From NCBI RefSeq assembly GCF_002571385.2, contig NW_019217964.1, forward strand, positions 1 through 64,000: DNA of 64,000 nt. The letters run 5' to 3'. The notes beneath the pieces were generated by a model that saw only the letters and a program-made list of their open reading frames with translations, had not been told where the DNA came from and searched no databases. Shown here one piece after another: positions 37,601 through 50,212 of the stretch. The DNA comes from Stylophora pistillata. Its lineage: Eukaryota. Numbering within the stretch: the stretch's first letter is position 1; the number at the start of each line of letters is the position of its first letter. Position numbers and translations under genes: made by a program.

Positions 37601-40600
37601 CTTAGATGATTCTATTGCTGCTGAAGAAGATGCCATCATTTCTTAAGTAAAGAATGTTGTGAGAGATTACAAGGATGTCAAATCGGTAGGTGCATTTGTT
37701 ACAGCCGGTAACAATCTTGTTCATAAATACTAAAACAGGAGCATAGCCAGCCTATAGGCTCACAATTTTTTTTCTGCCCGTTTGACTTTTATAATATAAC
37801 TCTTACAAATGTTGAAACAAATATCGACTTTTCTAAGTAAACAGTCTTACAGCATTTTAAGTCAAGAAAGCTGACCACCTCCCTATAAACCTTCGACAAA
37901 TTTGATCGAAAGTGACGAGTGTCCCGAATTCCATATAGGTTCTTTGTTTGTATCTGCCTGTGCCGGAACTTTTTCCTCTACTTTGATTGGTTAATCTTAC
38001 ATTAGTACACCAACGAAGTCCTACAAACATGTAATGTTACAAACATGTGATGTTACAAACATGTGATGTTACAAACATGTGATGTTACAAACATGTGATG
38101 TTACAAACATGTGATGTTACAAACATGTGATGTAACAAAACTTTTAATTTAAGAGACTGCATTACAGGGTAGTAAATTGAATACGTTCCTTACAGTTATT
38201 GAATCTAATTGGCTCACTTTTTCGCTGTGTCCAGAGAGAGGAATCATTGAAGGTCCAGTTCAAAAACCTATCAGAGGAACTAGAAAGCCAAAGGAACCTT
38301 CACCGCACCACTCTAAAACGAGCCAACGAGGCAGAAACCCAACTGAAAGAGAACCAGCAACGTGTGACTGGACTTGAAGGAGAACTTCTTACGTCTGATG
38401 TAGAGAGAGATCAACTGAAAGACGCCAAGAGAAAGGTGAGACTGGAAGATTGGTACTTTGAAGGCTTTGTGTCTAGGAGGCGGTCAGCGTTGCATGTGCG
38501 TGATAACGGAACATAAGGGGTCATAACGCAATCAGCGTTTCGTTAACGGGAGAAATTTCCAAGATTCTGAGATATTAGAATGCTTTGAACCTTTCGCAAG
38601 TGCATTGTTGGTGGAATAGAGTCACAAAGTATTCAGCTGACGCTGAAAGCGTGAACCTTTTTCTTTGGCATTTTTTTCAGTGTTTTGTCTTTATGTGTTA
38701 TTTTTTAGTTTGTAACCTTCTGTGAAAAACTGGCCCGTGTCATGAAACTGGATGAAATCGCTGATGATGTGGGTTTGGATGTAAACGGTGAGGCTTTGTT
38801 GGCGAGAGGAGAACAACTAGTCAAGTTGGAGGTTAGTGTCCTTTAAGCTTACTCCCTGAAAGTGCTAATAAATTTGTGGCGCAGAACAAACCTTTTGAAA
38901 ATTCGTAGAAGCGTTATTTGTTTTAGTCTCGGCTTCTTTTGAAACTAAGTTGGAGAGCTAATCGAAAATGGCCAATAGTTATTAGCTTAAGGTCCTTTAA
39001 GAGACTAAATTCGGTTTGAATGTGAACTACATATATCTTATTAACCAAGCCCCGAGGGCCGTGATGGGAGAATATCGGCCCGAGGTCTTGACAGTAAGGA
39101 CCGAGCACAGCGAGGTCCGTACAAAAAAGACCGAGGGCCGATATTCTTCCAGTACGGTCCCGAGCAAGCTTGGTTAATAAGAGATTTATTATACGACTGA
39201 AGTTCAAAGAGACCCAAGTGCGGTATCATTCGGGACCATTCGGGACAGTTCCCGGTCCAATACTGAGAGAATATTGACGGGCAATAGAGCATTTTGATTG
39301 TTTGATTTTAGTTATTGGGCCTCTGACTGCCCAAGTCGTGTAATAATTTTCTCTTTTACACAGGCGGATGCTTTGGATGATAGGAGGACAACAATTTATA
39401 ATCTGCAAAGACGACTGAAATGGTCCAAACAACAGATGGAGAGCAAAGATCTGCATCTGGGGTTACTGAAAAAGAAAGTCTCCGAACTTGAAGAACTTTT
39501 GCGTGAGAAAGGTCGAGTCGAAGTCGAGAGAGACGAGAACTCGCTCAGATACAAGAAACTTGTCAAACACAACGATAAACTGCAGAGAGAATTGCTAGAT
39601 TACAAACAACAGGTGACCAATCTAAAGGCAAAGTTACTGGAGGCTAGCGAACTCAGGGTAAGTAAAGTAAGATTATTAGTTCTCGTACTTGAGTCAGTGT
39701 ACATGTAGGTTAGCTTGGTATAAGTAAGGCCGCGACAAAATATAACATAGCAAAATGTGAACAGCTCCTGGCTGTCAATGATATCCATTGAGCTGTTAGG
39801 TGAAGGTCTTGTATCTCAGTGCTTCACCAGTAACACGAGAATTCATGGTATTGTGATTCACATCTACCTTAAACTTTAATTAAACTAAAGAATTCAAGTT
39901 ACAGCGGAACGATGAGCAACTCATAAATGCAACTAAAAGCCCCAAAAAGATCAAGGATTTGTAAGGATGGAGAACACGGATGCCAATGAAAAACTCGAAA
40001 AATTTCCACACTTTTCAATTCGCACAAACTGTTACTTTAGCCCCTTCAAAGAACTCTTTCTTCTCGGCCATGCAATGATCTGTATCTAATAACTTATTCT
40101 CCTTATGTAGGTGAGAACTTTGGAGCAAGGAAAAACAATCGAAGAACTAGAAAATGCAATAAACAAACTTGCTAAGAGTAAGCACAAGACTTCAGCTGAA
40201 CTGCACGACTTGAAGAACGAAATGGAAATGACGGAGAACGAGCATCGTGAAAAAAAAGCGCGATCTTCCGAGACTGTACAGCAACTAAACAGTGAACTAC
40301 AAACAACGAAACGGGCTTTGGAAGAGAGCAGAGTAAGAGAAAAGCAGGTAGATACACCCAATCTGGTTCATTTTTATTCTTAATTTTTGTTTAACTTTGT
40401 TCTCAATACAAGTTGCTAAGCGTTCAGTGATTCAAACTTCTCTTGTGAATTTTATTCTTCTCACAATAAAAAGGGCAAGATTTTTCGGATCAAGGTCAGT
40501 TCCTAAGCAACCGTGCACCTACCCACCCTTCCCCTGTGTGGCAACAATAGCAACAATGTTAGGGTTTATTTTGGGTTAGGAGAGGAGTAGGTGCGCAGGT

Positions 40601-41025
40601 AATCAGACACTGACACTGATCCATATTCAATTCTTAATACTCCAAACAGCTCAACGCTAACGGAGCCGAAAGAAAAACTTGAATTTGTAAATATTTTATC
40701 ACATGTTTTTTCGTAAAATTTACGAGTTGTGATTTTTCAGTTTCCACCAATGTCAAAATTAACCTTCCTTCTTTTCATTCTATTGCAGTTGCTGGATTTC
40801 CGTCAAGTCTTAGCTCGCCTTCTTGGTCTCGACATCAACACGCTTTCGGTCCCAGACTACGAAATCATTTCACGGCTGGAACGTCTGGTCCAGGCCCATC
40901 ACGCGCACTCGATCACCACACACAGTCTGGAGGCTAGTCTCCAGGACATGGAGAGTGGCTTCCGCACGGGTTACGATGATGCTGTTGCCATCCTAAGAAC
41001 GCCATCGCCTGTAAAAGCCTCGTAA
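31694..41025 (+). CDS. CCDC170: Coiled-coil domain-containing protein 170-like, 14 exons, with in-frame TAA in exon 9
   Basis: Exons 31694-31942, 33315-33446, 34050-34106, 34441-34698, 35062-35151, 35396-35493, 36647-36862, 37261-37324, 37560-37685, 38235-38435, 38709-38831, 39364-39657, 40111-40347, 40789-41025, phases consistent; signature KASRETIMRLVSEV, ESKDLHLGLLKKK, LLDFRQVLARLLGL..PDYEII.RLERLV. TAA at 37644-37646. Confidence 0.88.
35555..36391. mobile_element. TA-flanked MITE with internal (GGGGGGCTTATTAGA)-like tandem repeats
   Basis: ta|ccataaatcctctaata ... tagtagaggatttacgg|ta; G-rich repeats 36090-36380; internal duplication ~35610-35757 / ~35973-36123. Confidence 0.7.
38023..38138. 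repeat. 16-bp minisatellite (ACAAACATGTGATGTT) x ~7
   Basis: Direct inspection. Confidence 0.9.
39028..39348. mobile_element. Hairpin-ended repeat family A, inverted copy
   Basis: Reverse complement of 19560-19884 with scattered substitutions. Confidence 0.75.
40488..40622. mobile_element. Small palindromic MITE
   Basis: ggatcaaggtcagt..gtgcacctacc ... gtaggtgcgc..actgacactgatcc imperfect inverted arms. Confidence 0.5.
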
Positions 41026-42468
41026 CACAAGCTATGGACTACATGTTAGATATGTACATAATAATACAACGAAATACTATAAAATTTATAGGAAGGATCT
41101 AACTTTGGGATTTATATACTTAATATAGATTACACCCATGGGACAGTCGTCTCTTTTGCCCGGAACTCACTTTCAGAAACACAAGCTGTTGCTTTACATG
41201 ACATTTTAATCACCAAAGTGGGTACCAACGTCAAGACTCAGCTTCTAGTGATTCTGCAGAGAAGCTAAGGAAAGAATCCTTCGAAATTCCCAGCTGTCGA
41301 TCCTAAAGAAAATTTTGAATTTTGAGTTTTAAAAAATCAGTCACTCTTAATAATTTGTCAGATTATCCGAAACATTTCGAACGTAAAGAGTGGCTCTCTT
41401 TTCCTTTATCTTAGAAGAAAACCTTTTTTTACAAGCAGTGGAATTACACAGTCAGTCAATTGAAGATTTTGAGATTAAGCAGAATGAAGAGACTTTTCTG
41501 ATATTTTAAATAGTTTCAAGCTTGCCACATATGTGAGTGAAATTTTGGTTTCTTCGTCTTTGGTTAGTGTCTAATTGCTGGTAGAACTCTTTCTTAACTC
41601 TGATAAAAGGTTTTTAATTGGCCGCAAAATATATTGCTGCCACCTCCCTCGGTGACTGCTACCAAGTGAACGAAGTTACATAATAAAGTAAAGGAGTAAT
41701 AAGGAGCAAAACATTTTCAAATTAACAAATGGTAAACACCACAGCGTACACTATTGAGTTATGGATGCACGCGGGAGGTTGCTAAGCACGAAAGAAGCGT
41801 AAGAGTCGCGCGAGGCGATAGCCCAGAGCGACTCTAGCTTCTTGAGTGCTTAGCAAACCTCCCAAGTGCATCCATAACTCAATAGTGTACGCTGTGGTGT
41901 TTACCATTTGTTAATTTGAAAATGTTTTGCTCCTNNNNNNNNNNNNNNNNNNNNNNNNNNNNNNNNNNNNNNNNNNNNNNNNNNNNNNNNNNNNNNNNNN
42001 NNNNNNNNNNNNNNNNNNNNNNNNNNNNNNNNNNNNNNNNNNNNNNNNNNNNNNNNNNNNNNNNNNNNNNNNNNNNNNNNNNNNNNNNNNNNNNNNNNNN
42101 NNNNNNNNNNNNNNNNNNNNNNNNNNNNNNNNNNNNNNNNNNNNNNNNNNNNNNNNNNNNNNNNNNNNNNNNNNNNNNNNNNNNNNNNNNNNNNNNNNNN
42201 NNNNNNNNNNNNNNNNNNNNNNNNNNNNNNNNNNNNNNNNNNNNNNNNNNNNNNNNNNNNNNNNNNNNNNNNNNNNNNNNNNNNNNNNNNNNNNNNNNNN
42301 NNNNNNNNNNNNNNNNNNNNNNNNNNNNNNNNNNNNNNNNNNNNNNNNNNNNNNNNNNNNNNNNNNNNNNNNNNNNNNNNNNNNNNNNNNNNNNNNNNNN
42401 NNNNNNNNNNNNNNNNNNNNNNNNNNNNNNNNNNNNNNNNNNNNNNNNAGGAGCAAAACATTTTCAAA

Positions 42469-42853
42469 TTAACAAATGGTAAACACCACAGCGTACACTA
42501 TTGAGTTATGGATGCACGCGGGAGGTTGCTAAGCACGAAAGAAGCGTAAGAGTCGCGCGAGGCGATAGCCGAGAGCGACTCTAGCTTCTTGAGTGCTTAG
42601 CAAACCTCCCAAGTGCATCCATAACTCAATAGTGTACGCTGTGATGTTTACCATTTGTTTTATAACATAACACTGATACATTGTAGCAAAAGAGTTCCCT
42701 TTTATTTAACAAATCTTACGTGACCAGAAAAAACAAGCGCGCGCGGAAAAATAGTCTTTGCATTTGCTCACGTCAGCAGCGTACACCCATGGGCAAATGG
42801 CAGACGCTGAATTGACCAATCAGATCGCGCGCTTTGCTTTGGTTATGTTATAA
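42469..42853. mobile_element. Hairpin-ended repeat family B, inverted copy (its hairpin is also assembled at 41702-41934 across the gap)
   Basis: Reverse complement similarity to 21497-21872. Confidence 0.8.
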
Positions 42854-44870
42854 TATGAGATTTTCAGGGGTTTAAACGTCGCGGGAGCATTTTTAAGGGT
42901 GTGGTAATTTCCTTTTAAACCGATCAACTACATCTAATTTTGAAACAAATTTTAGATTACGTGTTTTCATGTTAATCTTAATCTGTTGCGAGTTAATTGA
43001 AAAAGTATAAATAGTTTATTTGTGACCAAGTCAAAGGCTTTATTTGTGAACGCAGTAAGGTAGAAATATCCATAACACATTTTTCTGTGTGTGTCAAGTT
43101 TATTTGCAGTTTCGTGTGCATTTTGTTGATTTAAATTATGTCTTTCCTTAAAGCAAAATAAAAACATTTTGTGTTCAAAACATTTAGACGTAAATTGTGC
43201 TTATTAGCTATAAATTCACTGACTCCATACTTCCTTTCAAATTGCATCCTAAATCGTGTTCACATATGAAAGTCTTATTCCATAAGTCAGACCAAACAAC
43301 AGAAGTCCTTTGATACAACTTTATGCTGTAACATCATTTATTCAGACCTGATGGTGAGATTCCTTGTCCAAGTTATCAAAGCAAGAATGGTTTGAACCCA
43401 GAATTTCATTCATATAAAATAGGTTAGTCAGTAAAACGGAACTTTTTCTATGATCGAAATCAAGTCAGTGAAAGACTCTTGGCGGTATTAAACTGGCCTC
43501 AAACGGTCGATAAGTGCCTGATCAATTACGAGAACTTCATCTTGAATACAAAAACCCCCAGAGGCCGATTCACCTGTCGTGCATATATGAATATTATTTC
43601 GTCCAAGTTGTCATTAAATTCGTGACAGCATCGTCTTGTTTGGTGTTTCAAGAATGGTAATAGTTAATTTCATCTTGGGGGGGGGGGATAAATGAGAACA
43701 AAGCCGACATATTGAAATTACTCATGTTTGTAAGCGACTCGAATGACATATCCAAAAATTAAGCCTTCAATTGAAGGTTAATTTCATTCTAGATGACAGG
43801 AATTTTTTTAGAATTGGACAACAATTGGACTGTTTTATGTGGCTAGAAACTTCCCTCGCAAAGTATTGTTTTTCGTTTTCGATTTTCACTTCGACCAATC
43901 GCACGGTTATCAGTGTGAAACATCAAATACACAGCCTTTTTTGGCCTCAGTCAGAAGGCCAAGTGTGATGAGTTTGTCCGTAATTTTGATGTCTCTAATA
44001 GGTGTCGAACTAGCGAATCAACGAGGTTTGGCTGGTTTCCAAGAAATTAAAATCACCTGTAGGCACAAAATGGTAATCAGGATTGTACCGTGTAATAATG
44101 AATCTTAGAGCAGTGTTTAGACTGACGCACAGAACACTAATGGACTAAAGAAGGCCAGAATCATGCGCTCGAACATGTCCTTAATAGCCAGTTGTTCGTT
44201 TCAACAAAGGTGACGAAATATTCTTAGCAAGCAAACACGAAACGGTCTGATTGACCAATACAGCCCGAATAAAGTGAATTAATTCCATAGTTAGCCGGAT
44301 TTTTGTGCTTAGCCGGAATAAACTGCGAAAACGAAACCAGTAAAAAGTTTTATTAGATAAAATATCAAAAAGGCGGCTGCCAAAAGAGATATCTTTTTCC
44401 TTTCACTTTCAAAAAGGTGAATAAATAGATAAATAAAATAAAAAGACAGGAAGAATACCAAAATAGGATTGGAGTGTAAACTGAAATGATGAATTTTTTG
44501 GATTAACGTTAAGCTTCCTTTTGAGACCCGGCAAACTTACAAAATTCATGGATTTTCGTTGTTCGTCATTTTTGAAATCCTGTTTTCAAATTTTAAACAT
44601 TTCGAGGCCATGTTAATGTCAACAATAAATTGTTCTTATCGTCCGAGCTAATAGCTGCAAGTCCACCGGAGGTGACTCTTCAACGACCAATCAAAAGGCT
44701 TCAAAGTTCCTTTGTAAACTTTTTATTTGTACGAATCCTATTAAGAATGTCAGAAAAAAGTGAGTTCTTTGATGAAATGACCGAATTAATTATTTTCCTT
44801 CCTGTGACAATTGCCAAGCTCTCATGCGATCGGTCAAAGCCACACTCACCGTCCATTTCACAAGCTCGCA

Positions 44871-45059
44871 ATGTTATCATCGATATCGATCATCGTAATA
44901 TTCCTTGGAGTTCTCATTTTTGTCGTGGCTGCTTTAGTTCTGTGTTGTCTCTGCTGTCATCTTCGTTCGCGAACAAAAAACCAGCAAGGAAAATCTGTTA
45001 ATTACACGGTTCACAATAGAGGGAGAAGCGAAAAAGAAACGTCAGTTACTGAGCTGTAA
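44871..45059 (+). CDS. Small single-pass membrane protein (62 aa, MLSSISIIVIFLGVLIFVVAALVLCCLCCHLRSR...)
   Basis: ATG, hydrophobic helix, CCLCC cluster, basic juxtamembrane segment; the 3' end is uncertain. Confidence 0.4.
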   Translation: MLSSISIIVIFLGVLIFVVAALVLCCLCCHLRSRTKNQQGKSVNYTVHNRGRSEKETSVTEL

Positions 45060-46844
45060 GATAAACGCCTCCTGGACTCACTTGACACTGCACTGAGAGA
45101 CCGGCAAAATATAACTCGACCCATGATATACAGAAAGATGAAAGTGTTAGGCTTGCAGTTGCTTGGAAATCATTCCATGTATGCCTCATGCACAGATGAC
45201 ATGCGAAAATACAGGAAAAGAAGCATCGATTTCGACTAACAGTAAAAAACCGACCAAGGATTTCAGCAAACGTTGACAAAAACAATTTTTATCATCTATT
45301 CCACTCTCCTCGAGGATCGGCTTCGTTTGAATAATGAAGTGTGTTGGGAACAAGGTTTTTTTCCATTACACAGGTTCGACCAAGACATTTTGAGGAAAAC
45401 AAACTTAAACACGATCGTGTTTGGACAACAAAGAAACCTCTCATATGCGATCATCGGACTCAACTCACTATAACGACAATAGTGTGTAGGACTTAACATT
45501 TGGATTGCAGCAAAATAACTTTTACCATGTACTACAGATTCATCAAGCGCATTGACAATATAGCTCGCTTGCTTTATTTGTTTGTAATACAATAAACACC
45601 AACTTTATGGTCGCCGCCGAAAACAAAATAATTAAGTGAGAAGCTATTACATGAAATTATCATACAGTCGACGAAGTAACATGATGAAGCATTTTTTTTT
45701 TTTTTTTGAAAATCATCAGGGTCGTTATCAATCCCTGGAACCATACAATAAAATGGTAATGTTAATTCAGCTCGGATGTACCGTTAAAAATTTGCCTAAA
45801 GCTTTTGTGCAGCGGTCAGGTAGTTTGCGTTTCTATAAAACAGAGTCGCAGTTTTAATCATGTTTCATGCTGTGTTTCCTTTCTTTTCTATTTTTTTCAG
45901 TATTCTATTTACATCAGATGGAGGAAAGATTCTTATAGAAGATATCTTAAATTACGAACTATAAGACTTGCGTTATTGCTGCGGTAAAAGCGAACTATGG
46001 ATTGACTTTTTACTGATACGATATGCTTGGTATCTCGATTAAATTATGCTTCTCAACACTTATTTCTATCATGAAATAATCTTAAAAAATATATGTATTA
46101 GTACTTTTCGTTCACCACATGATTTTAATAACAAGGGAGCTGAAAGGTTGCACATGATAAACTAGATCGTTTAGCAGAGAAATAGAATTTTTAAGACGTA
46201 CTATGTGTCTTTAATTAATTTTGGACAATTGATGTTTCCTTCAAAAAAGTGAAATTCAAAGTCAGAAACAAAGGAACAGAGGAGGAAGCCATAAACGAAT
46301 CCGAGAGCCGCATTGCACTTCTTGTTATGAATTATTTTGAATAATGGCGATCTGTGAAAGGATAATAAAAGACCACTTTCTTTCTTTGTCACGTACAAAT
46401 TCGTATTTGATGGCGAGTCTTCTGTTGGGTACGTCACTCAAAATAAAGAGTGCTTTAATCAACACACGCGCCATCTCTTATTCATTCTCAGCCATTATTT
46501 ATATGTGACTAGCAAGAACATTGAAGTAATACAAATCCTGTTAAAGTCCTGATTTACATTCAGGCTTCTTTACAAAAGCTTGAAATATAATTTGCATGTG
46601 TCGCCGGGTGGATTGTGAATTATTTCAAGTCGTCATCGCGTTCAAACATTATTTCAATTCATCAGCCCCTTCCTTCCTTGTCATTATCAAGCCCTCCCAT
46701 GACCAAGACCTTCCATGACTTGGCGCACAGTTGAAGACTCTTTAGGGATTTATGTTCTAAACATGAACGATGCTGGATAAAAAATAAATCTGGGTGACTC
46801 ATGAAATAATGATGAAGTTTTCCATAATGTTTGCTTAATGAAAG

Positions 46845-47013
46845 ATATTCTATATACAAGGCTAAAAGATCAGGAAAAAAATTAAAATGTTTAAACCAAA
46901 CGTTTTCGGCTGTTTGCCATCATCAGAGCTGATGATGGCAAGCAGCCGAAAACGTTTGGTTTAAACATTTTAATAATTTTTTTCCTATTCTTTTAGCTTT
47001 GTATATAGAATAT
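46845..47013. mobile_element. ~170-bp palindrome of two tail-out arms, each with a minimal type I hammerhead-like core (Penelope-like remnant)
   Basis: CTGATGA-t-GGC aagca GCC-GAAA-ACGTTT at 46929-46957 and its mirror at ~46898-46926. Confidence 0.6.
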
Positions 47014-47353
47014 AATGATGAAGTTGATTTCCAGCTTTGCATAAGGTATCTTTGCGGCGCTTTACAACAGCCCGCAAATGACTAAAAGTAGTGGGAACAC
47101 ACAACTTAAGGCCGTACTCTCTTGCAAACTACCAAAATGTGAACCAGTTTCCCTGATTTCTCTGTTCCGGCTACTCTGTCCTGTCGCTAAAGACTAGGAA
47201 CTAGTAGATCGAAGACTTTTGCATCATGAGATCAAGGCGGGAGAAAGGGTGAGTTTTAAGGAAAACAACATTGCTGTTGTATTGTTTGAAAGGATTTAAA
47301 GAGAAACCTTTTGACTTTGGACGAGACTACTGCTCTAAAGTGACATTTGTAAA

Positions 47354-50027
47354 ATGCCAAACGAGCGGCGTGATCGACGGCTACACGAAAACGAGCGGGA
47401 GTCACGGACGCCTAAGTCTCCCTCACACAGACATCGTTCAAACGAAAGCCATAAACTTGATCGAAGACATCGAAGACATCATCACCGACGCAGAATACAT
47501 CACCGACAAACGGGGCTTCGGTCTTCTACACATATATACGTTAATGGATCGACAGATACAGTGCCTTCCGTTTCAGTTCACACTGATCATGTTACTTTGG
47601 CTTCGAGTTTGAACTCGTTTAATGATGGAATGGAGACATTGCTTGGTAATTGCTTTGAACTACTGGGTCGTCTGCGAAACAATCCCCTTGTTCATCCCCA
47701 AAATTCACAACAATCCATTTCTAATGTGAAACGTGGGGTTAACCATTCTAATTTAACAGCCGTGCTGACATCTCAAAAAACAAAACCTGCAGTGAGGTAA
47801 ATTTAATAGTTCGTTAGAACAATGTTTATACGCAGCCATGTCGGGACTTTCCCAGACTATTACGTAAACCACTCGACTGTGAGCTCAAAATACAACAAAA
47901 TTTAAGTTTGATTAATAATTCGTCGATTCCTCGTGCAGTCATTCAAAACCTATCCAGTAGCTATTAAAGGTAATTAGTTCATTAATCTTGTTAGAAAAAG
48001 TTAACAACAATTTGTCTGAGAATGGCGTTAGAATCAAAGAATTAAAACACTTAAAATGACAATTTAACTGTAAGATTTGGTAATTTGATGGTTTTTTTTG
48101 GGAACATGGTTCCCTCATTCTTCAATAGAAAGGCTTTTTCTAGTAATTTCAGTAGGATGATATTTTAAAAATATGAAAAAATTATTATTAGGATTAATTA
48201 GAAAGCTAAAATAGATGTTCAAAGTTTTCTGCATAAGCATGAAAATGAAAGCCTGAGAAAAGTCACACCATCAGAAAGTTCTACAAGACAAATACACTCC
48301 ATCAGAAGGCTTTTCAAGAATATTCTAGATATACGTATTCATGGCATTTGTGGGGGTTCACAAATACCGAATTGGATTTTTCCAAACCATCCTCCTACCC
48401 ACCTCTCTTAGCAACGCTCGAAACATCAGCTTTTTCAATAATTACGGTGGCCAATTTACCATTTCAACTTTGTTGATATATCCAAATTATTTCGTTACCC
48501 CCACCGACGCAGCCCCAAACAGTTTCTTTCGAAACTATCAGCCTTTATCTCTTAGTAAGGTTACATAAATTTTATGCTCTGTGTTTTTCTTCTTTTCTTT
48601 TCAGTTTTAGCGGGATATTGGATACCTACAAGATGTGCAGTACTGTTCCAGCATCAAAAACTAAAGCTCGGTTACAGCAGAGCTTAGTTTCTCACACTGA
48701 AGCCAAACTCGATGTAATTGATGTCTCACTGACATGCCCCCTTACACAATCACAAATGGTAACTCCAGTGCGTGGAAGGAACTGTGCACACATCAGCTGC
48801 TTTGATGGAGCAGCATATCTTCAGCTTATGTGGGAAAAGCGAGTGGAAAAATGGAAATGCCCTGTAAGTTAATGTGGAATTTGATTCTTTACCTGCTTCA
48901 TTATGGTTTTGAAAATAATTTGAAAAGGAGCTAGATTATAACGTAGAAATACCCTCAACTTGATAGTGATTATTCAGGCATATTATCACCTAAGGTGAGA
49001 TGAATGCTGTTTTATAATTCTGAGATGAAGTTACTGGATTAATTGGGCAAAATTTTCAGAGTGTGAAGCAAATAAATTTTTAGTGGATTTATCAGGGAAA
49101 ATTTAATTTATCAGAAACTTCTACAGTGGTGATACTGCAATTAGTGCATCAGTATTGTGATTACCTCACACAGGGTAGAAAAAAATTTGGATAAAAGTTT
49201 GGGGCAACATAATTCATGCATCAACTAAGGAAGATTTTAATCTTCAAATTTCAAGTTTCAATTTAGAGGGGCAACTAATGGAATTAATAGTGTACTCTTA
49301 AAAACCCTACCAGTACCTAACCCTACTCAACCCTACCCCACCCCATCAGAGTGCCCCAAGTTAATATTCTCCTTACTCAACCCTACCCCACCCCATCAGA
49401 GTGTCCCAAGTTAATATTCTTCAATTTCAAAATGGTGATTGAAAATTTGAGACAGAGAAGAGGACTGATATTCAGTTAGCCTCATTAACATGATAATAAT
49501 AACAATGTAATAATTTATTACTTATGTAGCACAAAATACATGTGGATATGATCTAATGCGCTAGACAATAAGACTAAGCAAAATAAAATATGAAATACAA
49601 TATGATAAGGAGGCTTCATCATTCAATCTGAATAATTAGTACTCGCCTGCCAGAGAATAAGCCTGCTGGGTTGGCTAACATTTAGCTTGCATACTCTTTT
49701 CAGATTTGCAAAACTCTTACACCTCTGTCTGAGTTAGTGATAGATGGATTTATCCAGGGGATTTTAGAATCAGTGCCGGAAGATTTGAAGAGTGTGGAGT
49801 TTACTCCTGATGGATTCTGGAGAATCAAAGAAGGAAATGATTCATTCCCGTCAATCAAAAAGTCTCCTGTCGACTGTTACAGTAACTCCAGCCAAGGAAA
49901 TACTGTTATTGACCTGACATTTGATACGCCACAAAAAATTATACCAAAGAAAATATCTAATGCTGATAGAAATTATAATGGAAGTAATCTGGAAATTCAA
50001 GTCATTGATCTCACTCTATCTCCTTAG
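47354..50027 (+). CDS. SP-RING (MIZ zinc finger) SUMO E3 ligase-like protein with two SIM motifs, ~341 aa
   Basis: Exons 47354-47796, 48605-48863, 49704-50027, phases fit; VSLTCPLT..MVTPVRGRNCAHISCFD...WKCPICK, L.IDGF..IL, V.FTPDG.W, and VIDLT twice. First exon less certain. Confidence 0.8.
48412..48548 (+). mobile_element. Penelope-like/hammerhead-type repeat remnant (5'-truncated)
   Basis: aacgctcgaaacatcagct...cccccaccgacgcagc...agtttctttcgaaact, same family as 13005 and 63617. Confidence 0.55.
49321..49420. repeat. Tandem duplication of a 50-bp unit
   Basis: cc(c/t)tactcaaccctaccccaccccatcagagtg(c/t)cccaagttaatattct twice. Confidence 0.85.
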
Positions 50028-50212
50028 AATACAAGTACCTTTATTTTACTTCTTTCAACTTCTGTGATGAGATGACAACAACTTACAGACTTGCCTTGAA
50101 GAAATGAATATTTTCATATGTGATAAACATAAACATTTTGTGGTTTGCTATGTTTGCAGACTAGGTGGATTTTCACTGATTGGCAAAACCAACTTAATTT
50201 TACTTTAACACA

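Noticed and set aside
2414-37646. Alternative genetic code or selenocysteine explaining the in-frame stops
   Set aside because: Three different stop codons are involved and all three also end intact genes here. Sec at the HAP2 Cys cannot be excluded without a SECIS search, but the gene also appears to lack exons.
41702-42660. Perfect extended palindrome and duplicate across a gap, and the mirrored ORFs 41901-42482
   Set aside because: Probably the assembler turning round inside a hairpin element; the ORFs are mostly N.
47271-47612. Overlapping alternative-frame ORF in SP-RING exon 1
   Set aside because: No ATG start; explained by the frame-shifted reading of Arg/His codons.
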